Part shown: piece after piece, positions 33,090 through 47,996 of the stretch
How the letters are laid out: each line of letters opens with the position of its first letter
How positions within the stretch are numbered: the stretch's first letter is position 1
Assembly: GCF_009914755.1 (NCBI RefSeq)
Contig: NC_060925.1
Reading direction: 5' to 3' (one strand)
Length of the DNA stretch: 64,000 nucleotides
Origin: the human T2T-CHM13v2.0 reference genome, Homo sapiens
The notes under the pieces: generated by a model
Told to the model about the DNA's origin: nothing
Seen by the model: only the letters and a program-made list of their open reading frames with translations
Databases searched by the model: none
Program-made: the position numbers and the translations under genes

Positions 33090-33890
33090 TGGGTTTAGGA
33101 TCCATCCTGCCAGATGAACCTTCATAAAATAACAGGAACTCACTTGAAACAAATTATGCCAGACTAAACCCATTTCCTTTGTTGATGGGGTTACTGAGCT
33201 AGTGAGTTTCAGCAGGATATAGACCTGTGAGCTCAGAACAGTTAAGCAGATATGTAACTGGTTGAACAATCACATGTGAAGACTGGTGATTAATGAATCT
33301 GCGTCAACTTTACAGGAGGTCTGTAGTCATTTGCTGCAGGGTTTCATGTGTGTCCGTGTGAAGAGACCACTAAACAGGCTTTGTGTGAGCAATAAAGCTT
33401 TTAATCACCTGGGTGCAAGCGGGCTGAGTCTGAAAAGAGAGTCAGCAAAGGGAGATAAGGGTGGGGCCGTTTTATAGGATTTGGGTAGATAAAGGAAAAT
33501 TACAGTCAAAGGGGGTTGTTCTCTGGCGGGCAGAGTGGGGGTCACAAGGTGCTCAGTAGGGGAGCTTTTGAGCTAGGATGAGCCGGGAGAAGGAATTTCA
33601 CAAGACAATGTCATCAGTTAAGGCAGGAACAGGCCATTTTCACTTCTTTTGTGGTGGAATGTCATCAGTTAAGGCAGGAACTGGCCATCTGGATGTGTAT
33701 GTGCAGGTCACAGGGGATATGATGGCTTAGCTTGGGCTCAGAGGCCTGACACAGGGTCCCAGTCAACGTTTTTATTAATGACATGGATGGATTCACAGAA
33801 TATACTGATCAAATTTGCTGAGAGGGTTAGTGACTATGTTGGATGACAAGATCAGGATTTAGAAAGATTTCAGCAGACTGAAGTGATATC
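33090..33890 (+). mobile_element. Ancient L3/CR1 RT-domain relic interrupted by LTR7; a further L3-like piece lies at ~41260-41500
   Basis: ctggtgattaatgaatctgcgtcaac...ctgcaggg | ...caacgtttttattaatgac...gatcaaatttgctga resembles CR1 RVVING...PQG...FNIFIND...KFAD. Boundaries are approximate. Confidence 0.6.
33342..33751 (-). mobile_element. HERV-H solo LTR (LTR7)
   Basis: The reverse complement starts tgtcaggcctctgagcccaagctaagccatc and ends cttcacacggacacacatgaaa. Perfect 5-bp TSD caggg at 33337-33341 and 33752-33756. Confidence 0.95.
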
Positions 33891-35134
33891 CCAGATACAA
33901 CATTTCCTTCTCCACAGGGAGAAGGAGGTCTCCAGCTGAACTTTGTAACAGTGTGAATAGGTCAAGAAGCCTCCTGGCCAGAACTCAGGGGAGGGTGGGA
34001 ATCTGGTGTGCAGACTCCACAGGTGGGGGAAGAACCAAGCCCTTTTCTTTTGCAGCTGGGAGGTGGGTAGCCTGGGGCAAGTTGTCAAGCCTGGCTCACC
34101 CACTAGCTGGAAACAGACTCAGTGCTGTTAGTGGGGGCATGGTGGGAGTGAGACTGGCCCCTCAGTTTGTGGGGAATCTGGGTGAGGCCTGTGACTGCCA
34201 GCTTTCCCCACTTCCCTGACAACCTGCGTGAGTCAGCAGAGGCATAATCCTCCTAGGTACACAACTCCATTGACCTGGGAGCCTCACCCCCATCCCCCAC
34301 AGCGGCCGCAGCAAGACTGGCCCAAGGAGAGTCTGAGCTCAGACACACCTAGCCCTGCCCCTACCTGATGGTCCTTCCCTACCCACCCTGGTAGCAGGAG
34401 ACAAAGGCATATAATCTTGGATGTTAAAGGGACCTGTCCATTGCTTGTTCCTCTCCATACTATCACAGTTGATGCTCTCTGGAAAGTGCCACCTCCCTGC
34501 AGAAGGCCAGCCAGCACAATAATAGAGCATTAAACCATAAAGCTAATAACCCTCACAGAGTCCATTGCACCTCCTATTGCCACCTCCACTGGAACAGGCA
34601 CTGGTATCCACGGTTGAGAGACCCATTGACGGTTCACATCACAGAACTCTGTGCAGACAACCCCCAGTACCAGCCCAGAGCTGGATAGACTTACTGGGTG
34701 GCTAGACCCAGAAGAGAGACAACCATCACTGCAGTTCAGCTCACAGGAAGCCACATCCATAGGAAAACGGGGAGAGTACTACATCAAGGGAATACGCCGT
34801 GGGACAAAAAGAATCTGAACAACAGCCTTCAGCCCTAGACCTTCACTCTGACAGAAGCTACCCACATGAGAAGGAACCAGAAAACCAACTCTGGTAATAT
34901 GAAAAAACAAGGCTCTTTAACACCCCCCAAAAAATCACACTAGTTCACTGGCAATGGATCTAAACCAAGAAGAAATCCCTGATTTCCCTGAAAAAGAAAT
35001 CAGGAGGTTAGTTATTAAGCTAATCAGGGAGTCACCAGAGAAAGGCAAAGTTCAATGCAAGGAAATCCAAAAAACGATGCAAGAAGTGAAGGGAGAAATA
35101 TTCAAGAAAATAGATAGCTTAAAGAGAAAACAAC

Positions 35135-35272
35135 CTACTGGGGAGGCTGAGGCAGGAGAATGGCGTGAACCCAGGAGGCGGAGCTTGCAGTGAGCCGAGA
35201 TTGCGCCACTGCACTCCAGCCTGGGTGACAGAGCGAGACTCTGTCTCAGAAAAAAAAAAAAAAAGAAAAAAA
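35135..35272 (+). mobile_element. 5'-truncated AluY (right arm) with TSD
   Basis: gaatggcgtgaacc...ggagcttgcagtgagccgag; TSD aaaga(g/a)aaaacaa(c/t)c at 35121-35135 and 35271-35285. Confidence 0.9.
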
Positions 35273-35969
35273 AGAAAAAACAATCAAAACATGAGGAAAC
35301 ATTGGACACACTTATAGAAATGCAAAATGCTCTGGAAAGTCTCAGCAATAGAATTGAACAAGTAGAAGAAAGAAATTCAGAGCTTGAAGACAAGGTCTTC
35401 AAATCAACACAATCCAACGAAGACAAAGAAAAAAGAGTAAGAAAATATGAATAAAGCCTCCAAGAAGTCTGGGATTATGTTAAATGACCAAAGCTAAGAA
35501 TAATTGGTGTACCTGAGAAAGAAGAGAATTCTAAAAGTTTGGAAAACATATTTGGGGGGATAATGGAGGAAAACTTCCCCTGCCTTGCTACAGACCTAGA
35601 CATCCAAATACAAGAAGCACAAAGTACACCTGGGAAGTTCATTGCAAAAAGATCATCACCTAGGCACATTTTTGTCAGGTTATCCAAAGTTAAGATGAAG
35701 AAAAGAATCTTAAAAGCTGTGACATGGAAGCACCAGATAACCTATAAAGGAAAACCTATTAGATTAACAGCAAATTTCTCAGCAGAAACCCTACAAGCTA
35801 GAAGGGATCGGGGCCTTATCTTCAGCCTCCTCAAACAAAACAATTATCAGCCAAGAATTTTGTATCCAGTGAAACTAAGCATCATATATAAAGGAAAGAT
35901 ACAGTCTTTTTCAGACAAAGAAATGCTGAGAGAATTCGCCACTACCAAGCCACCATTATAAGAGCAGCT

Positions 35970-36262
<293 letters not shown>

Positions 36263-37360
36263 AGAACTGCTAAAAGGAGCTGTAAATCTTGAAACAAATA
36301 AATCCTGGAGACACGTCAAAACAGAAACTCTATAAAGCATAAACCACACAGGACCTATAAGACAAAAATACAAGTTAAAAAGTAAAAACAAAAAACAAAA
36401 CAAAGTACACAGGCAACAAATAGCATGATGAATGGAATGGTGCCTCACATCTCAATACTAACATTGAATGTAAATGGCCTAAATGCTTCACTTGAAAGAT
36501 ACAGAACCGCAGAATGGATAAGAACTCACCAATGAACTATCTGCTGCCTTTAGGAGACTCACCTAATACATAAGGACTCACATAAACTTAAAGCAAAGGG
36601 GTGGAAAAAGGCATCTCTTGCAAATGGACACCAAAAGTGAGCAGGGGTAGCTATTCTTATATTAGACAAAACAAACTTTAAAGTAACAGCAGTTAAAAGA
36701 GACAAAGAGGGACATTATATAATGGTAAAATGCTTTGTCCAACAGGAGAATATCTCAATCCTAAACATATATGCACCTAACGCTGGAGCTCCCAAATTTA
36801 TAAAACAGTTGTTAATAGGCCTAAGAGATGAGATAGACAGCAACACAATAACAGTGGGGGACTTCAATACTCCACTGACAGCACTAGACAGGTCGTCAAG
36901 ACAGAAAGTCACCAAAGAAACAATGGACTTAAACTATACCTTGGAACAAATGGACTTAATAGCTATATACAGAACATTTCATCCAACAACAGCAGAATAC
37001 ACATTCTATTCAACAGCACATGAAACTTTCTCCAAGATAGGCAATCTGATAGGCCATAAAATGAGCCTCAATAAATTTAAGAAAATTGAAATTATATCAA
37101 ACACTCTCTCAGACCACAGTGGAGTAAGACTGGAAATCAACTCCAAAAGGAACCTTCAAAACCATGCAAATACATGGAAATTAAATAATCTGCTCCTGAA
37201 TGAGCATTGGATCAAAAACAAAATCAAGATGGAAATTAAAAAATTCTTTGAACTAAATAACAATAATGACACAATCTATCAAAACCTCTGGGATACAGCA
37301 AAGGTAGTGCTAAGAGGAAAGTTCATAGCCCTAAACGCTTACATCAAAAAGACTGAAAGA

Positions 37361-37734
<374 letters not shown>

Positions 37735-38409
37735 CTAAAGTCACACTTTAAGGAACTACAGAAACAAGAACAAACCAAACCCAAACCCAGGAGAAGAAAG
37801 GAAACAACCAAGATCAGAGTAGAACTACATGAAATTGAAAGAACAACAAAAACAATACAAAAAATAAATGAAACAAAAAGCTAGTTCTTTGAAAAGATAG
37901 ATAAAATTGATAGACCATTAGCAAGACTAACCAAGAAAAGAAGAGAGAAAATCCAAATAACCTCACTGAGAAACAAAACAGGAGATATTACAACTGAAAT
38001 ACAAAAGATTATTCAAGGCTACTATGAACACCTTTATGCACATAAACTAGAAAACCTAGAAGAGATGGATAAATTCCTGGAAAAATGCAACCTTCCTAGC
38101 TTAAATCAGGAAGAATTAGATACCCTGAACAGACCAATAATAAGCAGCAAGATTGAAATGGTAATTAAAAAATTACCAAGCAAAAAAAGTCCAGGACTAG
38201 CTGGATTCACAGCAGAATTATACCAGACATTCAAAGAAGAATTGGTACCAATCCTTTTGACACTATTCCACAAGATAGAGAAAGAAGGAACCCTCCCGAA
38301 TTCATTTTGTGAAGCCAGCATCACCCTAATACCAAAACCAGGAAAGGACATAACCAAAAAAGAAAACTACAGACTGATATCCCTGAGGAACATAGATGCT
38401 AAAATTCTT

Positions 38410-38706
<297 letters not shown>

Positions 38707-41700
38707 GATGCTAAAATTCTTAACAAAATACTAGCTAACCAAATCCAACAATATATCAAAAGATAATCCACCATGATCAAGTGGGTTTTATACCAGGGAT
38801 GCAGGGATGGTTTAACATATGCAAGTCAATAAATGTGATACACCACATAAACAGAATTAAAAAACAAAATCATATGATCATCTCAATAGATGCAGAAAAA
38901 GCATTTGACAAAATCCAGCATCCCTGTATGATTAAAACCCTAAGCAAAATTGGAAAACAAGGGACATACCTTAATGTAATAAAAGCCATCTATGACAAAC
39001 CCACAGCCAACATCATACTGAATGGGGAAAAGTTGAAAGCATTTCTTCTTAGAATGGGAACAATACAAGGATGCCCACTGTCATCACTCCTCTTCAACAT
39101 AGTACTGGAAGTCCTAGCCAGAGCGATCAGACAAGAAAAAGAAACAAAGGGCATCCAAATAGGTAAAGAGGAAGTCAAACGTTTATTGTTTTCTGATGAT
39201 ATGATAGTTTACCTTGAAAATCCTAAAGACTCCTCCAGAAAGCTCCTGAACTGATAAAAGAATTCAGCAAAGTTTCTGGATACAAGATTAATGTACACAA
39301 ATCAGTAGCTCTTCTATACACTAACAGTGACCCAGCAGAGAATCAAATAAAGAACTCAACCCCTTTTACAATAGCTGCAAAACAAACAAACAAACAAACA
39401 AACACCTTAGGAATATACCCAACCAAGGGGTCAAAAACCCTCTACAAGGAAAACTACAAAACACTGTTGAAAGAAATCATAAACGACACAAACAAATGGA
39501 AACACATCCCCTGTTCATGGATGGGTAGAATCAATATTGTGAAAATGACCATACTGCCAAAAGCAATCTACAAATTCAATGCAATCCCCATAAAATACCA
39601 CCATCATTCTTTTCAGAATTAGAAAAAAAATTTTAAAATTCATATGGAGCCAAAAAAGAGCCCTCATGGTCAAAGCAAAAAGAACAAATCTGGAGGCATC
39701 ACACTACCTGATTTCAAACTATACTATAAGGCCATAGTCACCTAGTCACCAAAACAGCGTGGTGGTGGTATAAAAATAGGCACATAGACCAGTGGAACAG
39801 AATAGAGAACCCAGAAATAAACCCAAATACTTACATCCAACTGATCTTAAAGCATAAAGTTAAGGAAAGGACACCGTTTTCACCAAATGGTGCTGGGATA
39901 ATTGGCTAGCCACATGTAGGAGAATGAAACTGGATCCTCATCTCTCACCCCATACAAATATCAACTCAAGGTGGATTAAGGACTTAAATCAAAGACCTGA
40001 AACTATAAAAATTCTAGAAGATAACATTGGAAAAACCCTTCTAGACACTGGCTTAAGCAAGGATTTCATGACCAAGAACTCAAAAGCAAATGCAACAAAA
40101 ACAAATTTAAATAGTGGGGACCTAATTAAACTAAAGAGCTTTTGCATGGCAAAAGGAACAGTCAGCAGAGTAAACGGACAACCCACAGAGTAGGAGAAAA
40201 TCTTCATAATCTATAAATCTGACAAAGGACTAATATCCAGAATATACAACAAAAACAAATCAGCGAGAAAAAAAAACAAACAATCCCATCAAAAAGTGGG
40301 CTAAGGACATGAATAGACAATTCTCAAATGAAGATATACAAATGGCCAACAGACATATGAAGAAATGCTCAACATCACTAATGATCAGGGAAATACAAAT
40401 TAAAACCACAATGCGATCCCACCTTACTCCTGCAAGAATGACCATAATAAAAAAATAATAAAACAGTAGATGTTAGCATGGATGCGGTGATCAGGGAACT
40501 CTTCTACGCTGCTGGTGGGAATGTAAACTAGTACAGCCGCCATGGAAAACAGTGTGATGGAAAACAGTGTGGAGGTTCCTTAAAAAACTAAAAGTAGAAC
40601 TACCATTTGATCCAGCAATCCCACTACTGAGTATCTACCCAGAGGTTAAGAAGTCATGATATGAAAAAGATATTTGCACACACATGTTTATAGCAGCACA
40701 ATTCACAACTGCAAAATCGTGGAAGCAACCCAAATGCCCATCAATGAATGAGTGGATGAATAAACCATGGTATATTTATACGATGGAATACTACTCAGCC
40801 ATAAAAAGGAATGAATTAGCATTTGCAGCGACCTGGATGAGATCGGAGATTATTATTCTAATAGAAGTAACTCAGGAATGGAAAACCGAACATCATATGT
40901 TCTCACTGATATGTAGAAGCTAAGCTATGAGGATGCAAAGGCATAAGAATGATACAATGGACTTTGGGGACTTGGGGGAAGCGTGGGAAGAGGGTGAGGG
41001 ATAAGACTACAAATAAGGTGCAGTGTATGCTGCTTGGGTGATGGGTGCACCAAATCACCACTAAAGAACTTACTCATGTAACCAAATACCACCTGTACCC
41101 CAATAATTTATGGAAAAATAAATATAATTTATTTTTTAAGAATTAAAATTCCATAAATTAAATTTGGAATTATAATTTATGGAATATTATAAATTATAGA
41201 ATTGTAATTCCATAAATTAAAAATAATTTATGGAAAAATAACAATAATAAAAAAAGAGATGGGGGCCAGACCATGATGTGATCTGAAGCCATTTTATAAG
41301 AGGGACAACAGCTGAAGGATGTCTAGCCCAGAGATAAGAGGTCTTGGAGTCACACCACCTCTTTTTAATTATTTGCAGGCTGGTAAAGTAGAAGGGGAAT
41401 TAGATATGTTTTGATGGTCTCCAAGAGGAAAACTCACAACCATGGGTGAAATTTGCAGCTTCCACCTAAATTACAAAATTTAGGAAACTTTTCCGGTGAC
41501 TAAGGAAGCAGGAATACCTAATGGTAAGAGCATAGGCTTTGGAGCTAGATCTTTATTTGAATCTCCAATATGCTACTTAGGAGCTGTGACTCTGAGAAAC
41601 TGACCCTTTTGTTTTCATGAGGATTAACTGAGATATTAAATAATCTAGCATATGGTCTACTACTTGTAGAGACTCAATATGGGATAGCTATTTTTATGAT

Positions 41701-43174
41701 GCTTGTTGCTATAGTTGCTTAAAAGTTTAGTGAGTAGCCTCAGGTGGAAGTGAGTTTGAGCATAGCTGGAATGATGGAAAGGGGATTTTGTGTGTCTTAT
41801 GTGGTGTGATGTGCTGGTTAGGTTAGTAGGGCCTGTTTCATTCTGAGACTTGACATCTTTTGGACAAAGTGAAGTGTTTATCCCAGCAGATGAAGGAACG
41901 TGGGGTATGGCTCATACCTACATTTTCTTTCAGGTTTGTTTTTAGAACAGCTAGATTTTGTGATTCACAATGTCAAAGAAGTTAGTTTCTTTCTAACTAT
42001 GTACCTTTAGAGCCTGACCTGTGGGGCAGATATGAAGTTATTCATAATCTTAAAATAGTTCTTTTTTATTGAGGCTGAGTTATAGGCTGCTCAGAGTGCT
42101 AATCATCTTCCATATACCTTTATGGTACCATTTTTATAATAATGATATAGGAATACTGCATAATATATATTATGTAATAAATAGATAACATTTTAATATA
42201 ATGACATGGGAATATTATACAATAAACATCACAGGAACATTGAGCAGGGGACAATTAATTCTAACTGGAGGACTAGGAAAGGCTTCTTGGAGAAAGTGGC
42301 ATTTGAGTTGGGCCTTCAAGGATGAGTAAGACTTTAATTGATGGGCATGCAGGTGGGGGCAAGGCCTTCTGGGCTGGGCAATGGTTAAACAAAGGCACAG
42401 AAGTAATTAGCAGAGATAATTATCCATCTTCCCAGGGCTAAGTCTGTCCTTTTTTTTTTTTTTTTTAATGAATGTCTTCATCATTCCCGTCACTGATGAC
42501 AGAATGTTAATATGAAATTGTAGGAATGATTTTGCAGCCATTGACTGGTTGCTGTTGTCCCTATGCTGAGGTCATTTTTGTTTTATTATTAAAATAGATG
42601 AAATGCCTACAGCACGTGTGCAGAGCCCTGAGTGCTGAGGCAAGTGATGCAGGGTGACTGACTCAGGGAGGGCGTTTCAGGCAATGAGAGCTGCACTGCA
42701 GGAAAGGGAGTGTCAGATGTCACGCTGAGGTAGACCTCCATCTGCCTGGAAGAGGCTTTTTTGGCTTTGAGAAGGCCATTTCTGGCTGAGTTAAATCCAC
42801 TACCTGGAAGGGGCCATTGGTATAGGAATACATCAATCAGGCTGGGAGACCCTTCACAGTTGTTTTCACTCACTCCTTTATACACTGGACAAGGCCTGGG
42901 AAGATGAGAGTGACCAGGGTTCAATAGCAGGTCTAGGGAAGCAAGATCCAAGGCTAGGGTGGTTTTCCCATGGGTGGATGAAAAAAAAGAACATCCCCTC
43001 CATCTTTCCAGCCTTAGAGCAGGGCAGTGCTTGGGCAGCTGCCCCAGCCCAAGTTTAGCCCAAGTTTCCAAGTTTAGCAGAAGTCATCTATCAGTGACCA
43101 GGGGACAGGGTTAGTGGTGGCTCTAGAATTTCCATACTGGGGTAGCACTTAGGGACAAGAATCAGATTGGCGGG

Positions 43175-43522
43175 TGCTGTGGTCTGAATGTTTATATACT
43201 CCCTAAACTCATGTTGAAATCTAATCACCAATGTGCCGGTATGAGGAGTTGGGGCTTTGGGAGGTGATTAGGTCATGAAGATGGAGCCCTCATGAATTGC
43301 ATTAATATTCTTATGAAAGAGGCCCTAGAGAGTTGCCTTGGACTGCCTGCCATGTGAGAATACAGTTAGAAGGAAACAGAAAGAAGCTCTCACTAGACAC
43401 TGACTCTGCTGGTGCCTTGATGTTGGACCTCAGCCTCCAGAACTGTAAGAAATAAATTTTTATTGTGTATAAGCCATGCAATCAATGGCATTTTGTTATA
43501 GCAGCCCAAAAAGACAAAGACA
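43175..43522 (+). mobile_element. MLT1A-like solo LTR
   Basis: tgctgtggtctgaatgtt...gaactgtaagaaataaattt...ttgttatagcagcccaaaaagacaaagaca. Confidence 0.8.
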
Positions 43523-43639
43523 GAGTGGGTGTTAGGATTCTTGTCTTGAAGCTGCTTTTGCATAGCAAGCACTCTGTTTTTACTTAGATTGTACAGCATA
43601 GATCAATCAACAAAGCAGTACTTTAAAAATAAACTTTTA

Positions 43640-43945
<306 letters not shown>

Positions 43946-46900
43946 CTATTCATGTTTTATGTAAGGTTTAGAAAATGGCAGTTGTCCACATAGGTGGGAG
44001 AAGCGCTGATGGAGATGAAGAGTATTGAACTTCAAGCTATTCCTCAGCAGTTGGACCATGTAGAACCTGGGGCAGAGAATCGATGCCTGGGATTATTCCT
44101 GGGCTTTAGCCCCAGCCTGAAATGTGACTCAGGGACAGGAATCCAGTGTCCCAGGTGCAGAAAATGTTTAGTCCTCTCTGGAGAACTGGGAAACTAGAAT
44201 AAAGCTTAATCAGAAGCCCAATTCAAGAGGAGCTACAACTCAGGGAACAATTCAGGAGCCCAGGAGTCAGCCCCACTCTATCTAAGGCAGTGTTGGTCCT
44301 GTTCCTTCACTCAGCATTTACTAAGCATCTACCTTTTGCTAGACATGGGGCACTGTACAGGGGGTCAAAGATAGATTAGTTAAGATCCTGACCTCAAAGA
44401 CATGCAGGTATATGGAGAGAGTGATCAAAATTAAGTACCAGATTGGGGTGGGAAGTGTAATAATAACAGCAACCATTTATTGAGTACTTACTATGTTTCA
44501 GGTCTGGTACTAAGCTCTTTATACATATTATCTCACTCCTCACAATAACCCCAAGAGGTAGGTATTTATTGTTCCCATTTTACTGCAAGATGATATGACT
44601 TGTTCAACGTCACATAGCTAGACTCCAAAGCTCGTGCTTGTGCAAACATACTTTCAGCCTCTCAGGATGGATCTGAGAAATGGAGCAGGGCTAAAAAGAG
44701 GGAAATGGTTAATTGAAGGGCTGGAATATAGTATTCAGAGGCAGGAATTGACTGGCCTCTTTAACTGATGCTAACTGATGTATATTTTCCATACCATTCT
44801 TATCCCCCTAAGAGTTAATTCTGATAAAGACAGGTAAGAGCTTGGGCCCTGCAGTGATGAAAATGGAAGTAGGGGAAGAGGGAAGCCAGTGATGGGGAGG
44901 AGATGTAGGAGGAAAAAAAAAAAAAACACACATGTGTTTGAGACACGCAATTTTGCTAGACTTACAGTTTGTCAAGGGCTGGCCGTGGCTATAGATAAGA
45001 CTTATCCAGCAATTGAGAATTTGAGAATTAAGCCAGCTAAGATGGGTGTCACTGTGCTTCTTAGCCTGGTCAAGCTGGAGCCATTCCATTTGTGGAAGAA
45101 GGGGAAGCTCTAGAGAATTCTCAGTGGATTTATTAGCTCTATGAAGAATGGTGTTAACTAAAGGGAAACAATTGTTCAGGTCACACAGTCTGGACTTCAA
45201 TGTCAGATTTATTAAGTAATTAACTGTGACTCACTCAATGAACATCTGCTAGTTGAATTGTTTATTGGAAGGCACAGTCCTTGCCCTCAAGCAGCCTGTC
45301 TCTGAGATGGTAGGAAGGTAGGGCAGAGGGGAATGGGGATAACCAGTCTTTCTGCTTTGGCTAAAGGATGTAAGAAATGAGATAAAAATGAGCCACAGCA
45401 TTAAACTACCCCAAACAAAATAATGATATGGCAATTTGACTTATTTCTCAACCTTGCATCTGTTTATGTTTCTATTTTTGGAGGATTCTCCCTCCATTCA
45501 CATCACTTGGACATACTGACCACTTTCCAGGCATCTCAGCTCAGCAACACCCAGAGTGTGTGTCATAAGATCTGTGGGTCTGAGGAAATGGCAACACATG
45601 CAACAAAGGACTAAAATGTTCCAGGCTACTTGGCAAAGAAAGGTCAGCCCATGACCGAATGGGACTTAACATTGTTGGCAACAACTCTAAAAACCCTTAG
45701 TGATCAGCGAATGAAGAAGGTGTCTGTGATGACTATGCTGTTTCCAACAGTCCCAATGTCAAATTATCCAGGACTTTTTGCTGAGTTTTCTTTCTTTTGA
45801 TGTAATTTCATTCTTTAAAAAGATAGTTCTTTACATACATAACTGAATGTATCTTAATTATTTTGCCTTTGAAGGACTTGTCACATAAATAAATTAACAT
45901 ATCTGAAAAGAAAAAAACCCATCCGTATGGTGAGGCCATGCATTCCAGTCTTTGGTTTTGGAAAATTTGGTTATGGGAGAGTTAGGAAATCAAAATCCTT
46001 TCTTGTTGTACCTAGAAGAGGCAGCTCCTTGTCAGCAATGTAGTTTAGGGGAGAGTAGAAGTTAGAAATGGGATCTAGGAGTTTTGACACAGTGGCTTCC
46101 CAGAGCAAGTTCTGGGATTACAGTCAGGTTGAGAGAAGTTGGAAAGGGACCTAACAAATATCCATGGAGCCTCTCCCTTGTGCCTGGCTCTGACCAGGTG
46201 CTTCACATGCAACTTCATTTGATCCTCACTTCTGCCCTCTGAGGTGGGCATTATTAATCCAAGTTATAGATAAAGTCACTGAGGCCCACTATTAGTACCC
46301 TTTGAAAAGAACAAACAGTGGATTTCAAAAGTTCAAAATTTCTTTTATACAAAGCATACCTATTAAAAAATACATTTTTCTAGTGCAAAAAGAAAGATGT
46401 CAGGGAAAGATTAGCTTGCTTAGAAGAGATAAGCCCTCATTCTCTGCTCACGCCACAATTCTCACTCTTTCCCCAGTAAATCCACAGGTGATACGTCATT
46501 GGCTTCATGAGAGCTTTGGAGATGATCTTACATTTGCACCTTCTTCACACCCTAAAGGGAGCTTTGAATCTCCCCCACGGTTCCCATATCTTGCATGTGA
46601 GTTATTTGAGATAACTCTCTGGAATTAGCTGATAAATCTTTCCTGGAAGCTTCTGCTTTGACTCAAGAGGAACTAAATAAAAGCTTTCAGAGTGCCATTG
46701 TGTATTATCCATGCTGTTTCACAGGAATCCCAAGTGGAGGATGCAATATATTGTTTTAATTACAAAGGGATAATAGCCCTGTGTAAGGAGTTATTTGTAA
46801 TGAGCTTTGTAAAGGAGTTTTACCACGAAGAAATGAGTCTCACATAATGAGCTATAAAAGCTACTGTGATTATTATTATTGGTTTTATTCAGGGCCAGAC

Positions 46901-47762
46901 CTCAGTGAGATTGGGACAGAGGCTGACTTTTACCTGAGCACCATTTTTCCCTGCCCCATACATCTGTTCTTCTCTGGGCATCATTGCTTTCCTCCCTTTT
47001 CATCATTCTTAGCCCCCGGAGGAGCCTAGTCCTTTCTACGAGGAGAAGAGCCTGGGTTAAATGCATTTATATAAAAGTAATAGAGATGTAATGTGTTTCT
47101 TTTCCCAGAGGTATTTACATTTTAAAACTTTGGGCTCAAGAGGGCTATACTTAATTCAAAGGAACAAGTCTCCAGTGGCGGAAATGCAGGCCTTATGGAA
47201 GGAGGAGTTTCAAGAGAGACTTTTTGAGACAAGACTAAGAAGATAGAGGAGGAAGAGGAGAAATATTAATATATTCCCACCCATTTTCATTACAAAAGGA
47301 TAATGGCCTAAAATATGGCATTTGGGTGGGATGAAATCAGTTCTCCCACTTCCTGATACAATGTCTATGGAAGTGCCTGTTGGCTTTCCTCTACAGAGGG
47401 ACGGCCCTTGTTTCATTTATTGCTTTCTAAATCAAATGACTCCTTTGGGAAATGGTATAGCTCAAATCAATTCAGTTCAACTTGTGGAGATGTAAATTCA
47501 CCATAAAGTGGTGATACAAGTATAAAACATGGTCCTTGCCTTCAGGGAGCTATAATCCCCTTGAGAGATGCAGACGATTCTTCTCCATGATGCAGTAAGA
47601 AAATAATGTAAGACAGTGCATTATGGAGGACTATGTACAGCTTTAAAATAATTTTTTATCCCTTCTTTCTGCCCCTTGCAGCAAAAGTGCCATCTATAAT
47701 ATACTGTGTCGGAGATTTGAGCCTCTACTTGTTACCAATTTGCTGAGAGACAAATGCATATA

Positions 47763-47996
47763 CAGGTTAAGTATCCCTTATTCGAAGTGCTTGTGACCAA
47801 AAGTGCTTTGGATTTCAGGTCTCTTTGAATTTTGGAATGTTTGCATTATACTTACCAGTTGAGCATCCCTAATCTGAAAATTAAAAGTCTGAAATGCTCC
47901 AATGAGCATTTTCTTGAAGCACCATGTTGACAATCAAAAAGTTTTAGATTTTGGAACATTTCGAATTTCAGTTTTGGATTAGGATTACTCAATCTG
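47763..47996. mobile_element. Tigger4a/MER46-type non-autonomous Tc1/mariner element
   Basis: TIRs caggttaagtatccc ... ggattactcaatctg, flanked by TA on both sides. Confidence 0.85.

Noticed and set aside
42607-43071. 154-aa minus-strand ORF
   Set aside because: No recognisable homology and a non-ATG start; cannot be supported.
43217-43227. Near-match to the DUX4 motif (aaatctaatca) in an MLT1A LTR
   Set aside because: Mismatch at the first conserved T; a single short motif is not evidence of function.
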